From positions 27,406,001 through 27,470,000 of the forward strand of contig CM052816.1 in the NCBI GenBank assembly GCA_028534125.1: a DNA stretch of 64,000 nucleotides, in the 5' to 3' direction. A program made the position numbers and the translations under genes. Shown one piece after another: positions 54,111-64,000 of this stretch. Positions within the stretch are counted from its first letter, which is position 1, and the number at the start of each line of letters is the position of its first letter. The DNA comes from Lama glama. Lineage: Eukaryota. The notes under the pieces were generated by a model that was not told the origin of the DNA, searched no databases, and saw nothing but the letters and a program-made list of their open reading frames with translations.

Positions 54111-57100
54111 TTGATGACCTCCCTGTTAACTTGGGCTGAAATGAAACCACAGTGAGCTACACAAGTCAATTGCTAGTAGAGCTCATAGAAAGAAGTGTGA
54201 GAGGTGGCCAGAAAGAAAAAATATTCCTAACATTAAATATTATTGCATGAATTGTAATGAAACATCAAAAACTAAAATAGAAGTCATGACTAGCAGTTTT
54301 GCAGGAGATCAGAAACACTCTACATTTGGTCATTACTTACATTAATCCCACAATAAATACTAAGTAATAATAGTGTGAAGTTATGTCAAATTATTTATAG
54401 GAGAGTTAGGAGAACATGATCCAACAATGTAGCTTTTGGGAGATACATTGAAATATAAATTAGTAATATATATGGAGCCATAAGTCCCTTTGAAAATCTT
54501 AATGGTTGCAATCATCATCTCCCCCTAAAAAAGCACGTGTATAGAGAACTGGAGAAATGATTTGGAGTGACTGGTGGACTCCCTAAAACCCATCCATTAA
54601 CCCCAGGAAGTGAGCTTTTGGGCCTTTAGTCAGAGCCAAACCTTTTATTTCAAATAGATGCTCCTTTGTGTAAGGACCCATTTGGCACCATTTAAATGCC
54701 GCAAAAAGTACTAAGTTGAAGCCCGCAAGAACTTAGGAAATACACCACCTCTGGTTTTAGAAGGATCTTAAGTCCTGCTTTGAGTAAGACAGTCCCTAAT
54801 GTACCTGTTGCCCTGACCAAGGATTAATAGTTCCTTCTTTTACTCTCTAAAATGTCCCCATCTAGTCAATAAATTACACTGTCACTTCTGAAAAACATCA
54901 GTTAGTAAAATATAAGCAATCTTGAAATAAGACAAAAACAGCAAAAAAAAAGTTCAGAAATACTGAAGCTATGACTGTAAGACTGGCAATAAATCCATTT
55001 AAACACAGAACTAAGGTAAAATGACTACAGAAATTGTGATTAGGGAAGAGGATAGAAAAAGGAACACACTTTGACAAGTAAAAATACAAAAATTGGCAAG
55101 GGCAGGAGTGGTACAAGGATGCTAACAATACTAAGTTCTCCACCTTTCATGGCAAACAGTCAAGTAACATAGTATCAAATCAAAACATGGTGTTAAATTT
55201 TTTCAAATTCTTTAATAACATCTTTGTTTTTTTACCTTTAGTAGGTCCTTTAATATTTTAGTGAAGAAATATTCTTCTGAAGTTCAGCAATATCATCAGT
55301 TTCACTTTGCTTTCTCTTTGTCAAACTCAAGTAAAATTAAATATATCATCTCTATTAATAATAACTTGGATGTGATGATCTCACTTCTGTGAAAAAAATC
55401 TGCATGTCTATTTAGACATGTTTATTCACATAGGGAGATGTCTGGAATGATATTCACTAAGATCTAACTATTTGGAGGTCAATTGTTATGCTAATTTTTA
55501 TACTTTCTTACTAGCTTAATTTTTATAATGAACTTGTGTCATTTTTTATATGAATAATAAAATAATAGAAAAGAACATCAACTCCTGAGTCAAAAGTCAA
55601 AAGATTAGGTAATAAAATCAGCCCTAAAAGGAAAAATCAAGTGGAGCCCAAATTACTTTCTGAAAATTCCTTAAAAAACTGATAAAAGATGATATTCAAG
55701 GTGTTGTGTATAATACAGTTTAGTGATGTAACCACTTAGTAATTGGAATCAGAATTAACATTAGGAATGAATACAGCCTTGCATAGCATAAAATAGAAGT
55801 ATAATGCAAAATGAAAATATTTGCAATATTTAAATTTGCATTATTCAGTAATACTATTTTGTCAACAGTTTATAGCTGAATACACATTAGTTAAATGCTT
55901 GCATAATGTAGCTTAATTGAAGTCCTAGAATTTAGCTCCATTACTTTAAAAAGTAGTAACAAAAACCTGGAAAAATAATTTGAGGACACAATTTAGCACA
56001 AGTCTGTTTCCACCATAAGATAATCTAAGTATAGCTCTTCCAGATATTTTCATTTTGTTCAGGCTTGTCTTCCTGGCGTGGTTGCATTTGCCAAAAAGTG
56101 AATTCACAAATAACTAGAAGGGATCATAGGGTATGAGACATTTTATGCTAAAAAGTGCCAGCCAAAAAGATGATTTGTGGGGGTGGATGGAGTGAACCAT
56201 GCCTTGGGTCCTTTGTTGCCCATAGTGGCTGGACTGACAAATCATCGTGTCATTTTCAACTTCCCAACTGCTTCCCTTCCCTCTGTACTTGACTATGTTT
56301 TGTGCAAACTTGGATGGTCTGATGTAATAATCAGGTTTTTCTGTGGTTCTCTGTGGCTACAGAATAAAGTCCAAACCCTTCAGACCAATTTCATTCATGC
56401 CCAGCGTTAGCCCTGTCAAACAGGTCTGCCAGCCACACCAGCCTCAACACCCTTCCCCAAGCTAGAGGTCACAGTCCTCAACTTTGCTGCCTCTATGATT
56501 TTATACGTCTGCTCCTTCCAGCAACAAGCATTTAAACTGAGTCTAGTACCGTCACCATGCTGGAGTTTATGGGGAACCCCAGGGCTTAGCTTGCCTTAGT
56601 AATAGAGACAAGCATATATAAGTGCCATGATACACAGAGTGCTATAGGAGCCTGAAGTAGGAAGAAAGGCAAGAGTTTTGACTAGAAGCCAGTGAAGGGG
56701 GTGACATTTTAAATGGGTTTGTTTAATGGGATGAGCTATAGTGATGAGGGGAGAATGCCCTCAAAGAAATTGCCGAAGGACATGACCAACTCAACAACTG
56801 TTTAGTAGTACTGTAATATGTCAACATGAAAGCTTTAAAGTCCATAGTGAAGTGACTGATTAGAGGAAGTGTGAAAGTAAGAATATAGCGCTGAACCCAG
56901 GCTCCATCCTCCTGTCATCAGAAGTTAGTCATGCTTCAGTATCTGGGGAGGGATTTGAGAGACAGCACTAGAAGCAAGTTCTTCCTATGCCAAGAGAGCT
57001 GCCTTAGCCATGGTAAGACATTGTATTATTGTGGGAGTCAGGCAGACAGAGGGCAATGAATAAAAGTAATGGAAAGTGCCTTGATTGTGTTGAGACTTCA

Positions 57101-57279
57101 GTTTCAAGATGAGGACTTAATTAGACCAAGGAATGGGCCAGATGAGGTAATTTATAATTTTCAGATACTAAAACATCTTGATTCTTCCATACTGAAGACT
57201 TTCAAACTGGTTCTGTCTGCACTGAAGTTGACAGCACACTCAAGTGATAATATAAACATTAATGCAATTAGAAACATCC

Positions 57280-57676
57280 ATGACTAGATAAACAAAGTGT
57301 AATTCCACCATTCAATGGACTATTACTCAGCAATAAAAAAGAGCTACTGCTGCTTGCTCCAACATGGATGAAACTCAGAACCATTATCCTAAAAGAAGCC
57401 AGACGTAAAAGACTACATTACTGCCTAATTCCATTTATATAAAATCCAAACCAAGCTGCAATGGTTAAAATTCAAATCCGGGGTTGCCTAGAGGCTGGAG
57501 GGGAAAGGAGAAATAAAGCTATAAGGAATCTTTGGGCATGGTAAAAATGTTTTGTATCTTGATTATGGTGGTGATATAACAGGTATATAAAACTGTCAAA
57601 ACTCATTGTATTACACATGTTTAATAGATGGAATTTATTGTTTGTGTATTATCCTTCAGTAAAGCTGATTAAAAAC
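57280..57676 (+). mobile_element. Old LINE-1 3' end (L1MC/L1ME-type)
   Basis: caatggactattactcagcaataaaaaag...aacatggatgaaactcagaa...aaatgttttgtatcttgattatggtggtg...cagtaaagctgattaaaaa. Confidence 0.85.
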
Positions 57677-60600
57677 CACTCATGCCATGCATGCAGATCT
57701 AGTTTGGTTGAGTATTTTTGCATTATCATGCTCACACAATGCAGTCAGTTCAAAGTCAGCAGTACACATTGTCAGATGAAATTCCAAAGTCAAATAATGT
57801 ATTTTAGGGTGACTTTTGCCAGAAACTGGAGATTGTTTTCAAGTGACCTAAATTCTAAATACCCTTTGTCTCCCAAGAAATTCTCCACTTGAAAAAAGAA
57901 AAAAAAAACAAACCATAGGAGGAAAATTGTTTCAAAAGAAAACCAGAGAAAATTAGGAAGTGTTTTATTGAGTTTCTTTTCCAGGATATTAACATTTTTG
58001 CCAGAGAAAGTACTCTAGGCAGCAACTCCAGTCACATACAATTTCATCCAGAAAAGTGTGATTCTCATGTCAGGGGCTGAGCCCCTGCAGCAGGGTTGGG
58101 TAGCTTAAAAGTGTGCTCTCTGTGCCCGTATTCATGGCATCTGGCATTTGAAACCTAAGTGACACCAGTTTCTAATCCTCCAGTAAGAGGAACTTCAGGG
58201 TCCTTTAGTAGATGAGTATGAGTGTGTGTGTGAGAATGAGTACAAAAGACAAACAAGGTTAGTCACTTTCCTCAGTTAATTTCAGGGATACAGAGAGGCT
58301 CCCTTTGTGTGAAGCTAGTCATTCCTTTACATTTTCCCTGGCTTTGCCTTTGACTGCCCTTCAGCCTACCATATCATTTTTAGACTCATTCCCCTCAGGA
58401 AGAGAGAGCTGAGCGCTCTGGTTCTAGAAGGTCAAAAATACAATTACCTGTCTCCTACCAGGGAACAGAGGAAGCCTCCTACATTTGCACATCAGAAGGC
58501 GGTAGTTAGCTGGATTTATTTGCTGTTATTGAAGCAGCTGGCCTGTTCTTTTTGAAGAGGTTATTTTAGTGGGGCTGGGACAAAGCAGCCATATCAAAAT
58601 GTAAAAGACGTCTTTTTTATTACCAAATATGTGTAAATAAAATGCTTGGCTTTTTCTCCCAAGTAATATGCTTTACAGATTACTTGGAAACAAACATTGC
58701 TGAAAGTTTAATGGCCCCCCTTTTTTCTCTTTTAGGTTGCATTATAACATCCCTGCTTCAAAACAGCCACATGCCCTGTGTTCATTTGGGAACCTTCATT
58801 AACTTAAGTCAAAGAGAAATCAAGGAACATAGAGGTGAGAGAATGTCCTGAAAAGTGAAACAGTCCTCATGGCCTGAACCACAACTTCGAGTAAATTAGA
58901 AAAAAGGTGCCTCACCTTAAGACACTTTCAAACCATCTGGTTGTCATCATTAATCACAAGAAACAGAATTTAAAAATGGAGGCCATGGAAAAGAATACAC
59001 ATGGCAATCCTTGCCCTGTGTTGGGACGTGGCCTAGAACCGGCCCTGTATGTCTTTGTGTACTTTGCTTCTCATGACTGGAAACGAGCACAGTACGGTCA
59101 TTCTGTAAGTATCTGGGTTTAATCAGGGATTTTTCAACTTCACAAAAGCTAATGAAGCAATTGGATACTGAAGCTGCACCATGAGTAGAAAGAAACCAGA
59201 GACATCGGCACAAAACACAGCTGAGACTGATGGGGGAGATGAGACCGGCACTAACTGAAAATGCATTTGGAGGAGAGGGCTGTCTCTCAGGTGGTGAGTA
59301 GAGTGTAGCCTAGATGCTGTTACTCAGAAAGAATGTTCTGATTACAGGCAATGCCCCAGGCTAGGGTTAGAGCCAGGAACTGACCCTAACAGTGGGAATG
59401 ACTGTACATAAGTTACCACCTCTATTTGGGAAATATTTTTTTATTGTTTCCTAAGCTCTTTGGGGCAATAAATCAGGTTGACAGATCACTATACGAGTGC
59501 AGAGTCCATTCCCTCGAAATTAGTCAGGAAACAGGGACAGGGTGTGAAAGGGACTTGCTGAGTGGAGTAAGCATTCTTGACTTCTCTGCCCACTGATATG
59601 TTTGAACTCAGACTGATCAGCTCTGAAACTACTCTCCAGATGGGAGACCTCTCTAGTATCCTGGACTTTTTGTGGCCCTGTAAAATTCTTAGAAGTTTTG
59701 AGTCCCAGTTGTCTGACCCACAAAAATGGCCTCATTGCTCAGACGTCTCTCACAAGTGATGCAAATGGTAATTGGCAGCAAGGGTGAGTATTCCTTTGCC
59801 CAGGCACAAAGCGTGTGTGCCAGCGGTCCCTGCATACAACTACTACACAACTATGTGGGTTCCCTCATGTGTCCCTTATGACCCAGGTTGTCCTCTTTAC
59901 AGCATCTCACCCAGGCTACCCTGTAGAACTTCCTCCCCTCTGCTTCATATCCTGGATTTCAGATTGTATATGGATAGACCCACAACCATTTCAGCCAACA
60001 GCCAGCCATGTTTTATTTGACTGGGACAGTGTGTTTAAAAATTTCAAATGCAAATACCTTTAGGCAGGGCTTACTCTCCATGATACCTCAAGCCCTACCA
60101 CTCCCTATTGCCCTATATGCAGCTGCCCAAATACTGAAAGCATGTGAGCCTGTGACACAGAGCAACCTAATTTCGCCAATCCCTCTCCCCACTTATCTCC
60201 CCAATAAAAGGTACTTGCCTTATATCTCATTTCTAAGAAATGAATTAAACCTATGATTAATTTGCATACATGTAGCAATTGTTAGAAATGGTTCCCTAAC
60301 TATGGAGGGGATCTTTGCATTTTAGCTGGGATTCCTTATGGAGTCAGTGCTTAAGAGTCAAAGGACTGAATCTCTGGCTCTGGAATTTTAAAAATCTTGT
60401 CAGATCGTCAGGGAAGTATTTTAGAAAAAAGTGTGCAGTGATATATCACGGTTATCACACTGAAAATTCCCTGCTTTCTTTGAATATAGGCACTTAGGCA
60501 ATTTCAACAGAACTGGATAGGAGGCTTGAAACTCATCCTGAGACCAAAGAAGCCCCTCCACTAAGGGATGAGACTGGTTTCCAAGAACACGTGCCCACAG

Positions 60601-61039
60601 TAACTGTGCATAATTCTCAAGTCATTGACTTGCTAGAGGCTTTCTGCCTCCCCCACTTCTAGCTGGATCCCAGGCTGTCAAAAACAGGGCCCATCCTGCC
60701 AGGTCTGACCCCAGTCATTGTTAAGTGACTGTGCAGCTGTTTGAATGGGTATCACTCCATCGACAGTGTTCCTCTTTCTGCACAAGGTTAAACATACAGA
60801 ATTGGGGCCTTAGCTGCTGTTTTAGATTTTCCACACTCTTGATCCCTTCTTTTAGGCCAAATAATTGAGATGTCTGTGGTCAGTGCACAAGGCATATCGT
60901 AAAATGCAGTAAGGTCGAATGGGGAAATAAGAGGGAAAGTTTTCCTCCCCCGTGCTTGAGGAAAAAAGTGTAAAACCTCTTGTAGAAATCCTTGTTGTAT
61001 ATTCCAACATTGAAAATGTCTGACCAAGCAGCAGCTAAC

Positions 61040-61200
61040 AATTACCAGGCACTTTCTAAGTGCCAGGCCCTCTACTAAGCACTTAACAAGCTTTATCTCC
61101 GTATTTCTCATAATAATCCTCTTTACAAACCAGGAAACTGAGGCACAGCGCTGTTAGTAAGCAGCGGAGCTGGTTTTCACCCAGACGGTGGGTCTTCACA
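61040..61200 (-). mobile_element. MIR SINE
   Basis: gtgccaggccctctactaagcactt...aggaaactgaggcacag...ggagctgg. Confidence 0.7.
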
Positions 61201-64000
61201 CTGCCTATCACTGCATCCCACTGTGAAAGGAGCAGGGAGGAGCTGACACTGGAAGGTTTGTCAAACACAATCTGATCCCAGGTCTTCTGCAGGAATTCTC
61301 ATGTTTAAACCTCTCACTGTGGGGAACTGAGGCTGGGGGAAGTTAAAGTAATTTGCTCAGAGATAGGTAATTTCATTATGCATCTGTTATCTGATTCCAG
61401 GTCTGTTTGATTCCAGCTACTTCTAGAAAGATGAGGGGTAAGGTCATCAGTGGTCAGCAGTGTATCCTGCTTTGCCTATGTATCCACAGGGTCAGCTGTT
61501 GCATGGGATTTGAGAGAAACCAGCAAAATTCCTACTTCTCTCTCAATTATCTCAAAAGTTCATTCCTTTGGATTAAACATGGTTTTCTCCCCCAGATCCT
61601 CTTTCAAGTGCAAATAGTCCTATAAGAGATTTTTCTACGAAGAATTTTATCAGATTTTCCCAAACCTCTTCCCACAGTATCAAGAGAAGGGGGTTGGCAG
61701 GGCAGGGAGGGTGCAGGAGGTGCTGAAAGGGAAGGGAAATCCAGGTCACCCAAAGCCATCGCTTAAGTCAGAATTTCGCCTGTGGCCATTTTAAACACAT
61801 TTTCAACAAACATGACTGAGACTGAAAGTGTATAATTAAGTTTCCATTCCCCCAGGCAGGTCCTACACTTGCAGACAAAGTATTAACAGCATTTTAATAT
61901 ATAGGAGTAAGTGCATTCGCAGAGTTATTCTAGAAACCACTGGTATTTCACATTTACTTCTGGTGTTTTTTAACAATTCTACCCAAATGGCACATCTGGA
62001 AGGATCGTTGTTTGAAATGAAATTGTTTTTGGAAGTCACTGGATGCCACGTAAAGGAATTTTCCAATTCAGCCTGTCTATTGGCCAACTGCTAGAGAGTC
62101 TGCAACTTGTGATTTGGAGTTTTGTTGTGCTCCTTTTAACAATAAGAACGATCTGGCCATTCATTTGGAAATGCTGTTAACATTAAAGGATTTTCATGTA
62201 TCTGATTTTTTAAAGTAAATTATTGGTACTTTGAATACATGCTTGACATTTTATTTACTTGCTTGTCCTGAGATACAAGGCTGAAAAATATAAGTTAAAG
62301 AATGAATTCCAATTTAGAGCTTCAGTTTAGGAAAGGAATACAGTTTCTTAGCTGAAGTTTTTTTTTCCTTTTTCTTTTCACATTTGAGATAAAAGTTTTG
62401 TTTTGTTTTTTTTCTTCTGTTTTTCCTGACCCCTTGGAAGGATACTGGTTGGAAAGTGAGGTGTGTGGGGTATTGATTCAATCTCTTGACAAATTCTTGT
62501 AAGAATGACTTTCCTTCGAAGAGAATGGATGGAGGGTGACCCTGGTGTCTGGTTCCTGTGCTCCTCAGTTAGGCACCAGGCCTGACCCTCATAGTCAGAT
62601 GGCTTCTGGGTCACAGGGTAAAATGAAGTAAGACAGGAAAAACCCACAAATTGAGGCATGCACTCAGTTTTTCCAGCTTCTATAGTTAGAAAGCATAGGC
62701 ACAATCTGGCCTGGAGCTTGGAAGCTGGGTTATTTCCAATGTATATGCCAAAGGGCCCCCAGCTCAGGGGGAAGGCCCAGGAAAGACATTTTCCAATCAA
62801 AAGAAAAAAGATATCATCTTGGATAGGACAGAAAGGATTCTAACCTTAAGAAACAGTTGTTTTGATTTTTTTTTTTTTTGGCTTGTCTTTTCCTTTTCTT
62901 ATCAGAGTTTTTGGTCCCAGTCTCTCCTGATCTTCACTACCCTTTGCCTCTGATTTCCTGAAACTTTAGGTTGGGACCAGTGATATCTTTATGTTTTTAC
63001 TTTCTCTGCTTAAACAGAGTTAGCCTGGATGTGAGAGCTGCTTGGGGACTTTAAATGACAGGACACTGGCAACAGAGCTGGGGCTTGGAGCAGGATTACT
63101 GGAAACTTATTGAGTTCCTGGATTTATTAGACCCTTCAATTTGTAGGACAGCTCTCTTCCTATAAGACAGTCTCACAGAGGTAAATATTTGATAGAGACA
63201 ATGGATGTAAGAAGGGAATGAATTACATAATATAAAGAGAAAGCAAGTGATGAGCCGAAGGTCAAATTCTCTCAATGCTCCAGCTATCCATAAAGCTGGA
63301 CTTGTCCTCATATCTAGCAGTGAGATTCTGTTCACCAGACATTCACCTCCATTTCAATGGGAATTCTTTCAAGGTTGTATTGCACTGCCTTCCGTGGAGT
63401 TCTAAGAATTTGGGGAGAGATTTTAGTTGCTGACTTTGGAATTTGGATTTCTAAGAACTATGTATATCCATTTCGTCTTTACATAAAGACTTCCCAGGCA
63501 CCTATCACTAGAAAATGTGGAAGGAGGGAGATGGGGGGACACAGAAGCAGGCTTAAGAAGACGCATGAAATCATTTAAGCTAGATAAATTATTTGAAAGT
63601 ACAGCACTTTGTAGATCTCTTCATTTTAGGCTTGAATAATTCTTGAACTTATAACATGTGATCCTCTCCTCTCACAGAGGTTACAATCAGCACTTTTCTT
63701 TTTAGAGAGACAGGAAGCCACACATTGGAGCACCAATGTGAGGACAACCTATTTTTGCTTTTGTCTTTAGGCTCTGGGAGAGGTAGCTCTATTACGGTCT
63801 CTCTCACCATGGATACGTGATATACAATCATAATTTGAGGCTGATTTTAAAAAAATGTTAGACTGTAATTTGTACAGATGAGTATTATTCTTCAAACGTT
63901 TATATGAGGAAGCCAAATATCAATTTAATTGGTGATGCTGTTGCTCCAAAATGTGTAACTCTCCCCCTCCCCAACACACACCTGTTACACACACTACACA

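Overview
Mammalian nuclear DNA, very probably camelid: it carries three copies of a tRNA-Ala-derived vic-1-type SINE and young artiodactyl/camelid-type L1 3' ends. The window is mostly interspersed repeats (L1, L2, MIR, MaLR/ERVL LTRs, hAT and Tigger DNA transposon remnants). One spliced protein-coding unit is well supported on the minus strand. Two coding exons (50413-50239 and 47548-47397) join in frame to a 108-aa protein with two CX2CX11HX3C (C2HC/C3H-type) zinc fingers, recognisable as ZNF475 of the ZNF474 family. The first of these exons begins at a splice acceptor, so further upstream exon(s) should exist. The best candidate for something undescribed is at about 38.5-39.4 kb. There, a CpG-rich promoter-like element (NRF1, CCAAT and GC boxes) precedes a long, nearly open plus-strand frame with scattered motif similarity to RING1B/RNF2, possibly a highly diverged retrogene or pseudogene. 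No prokaryotic-type systems (CRISPR etc.) are present. Repeat family names come from visual recognition and repeat boundaries are approximate.
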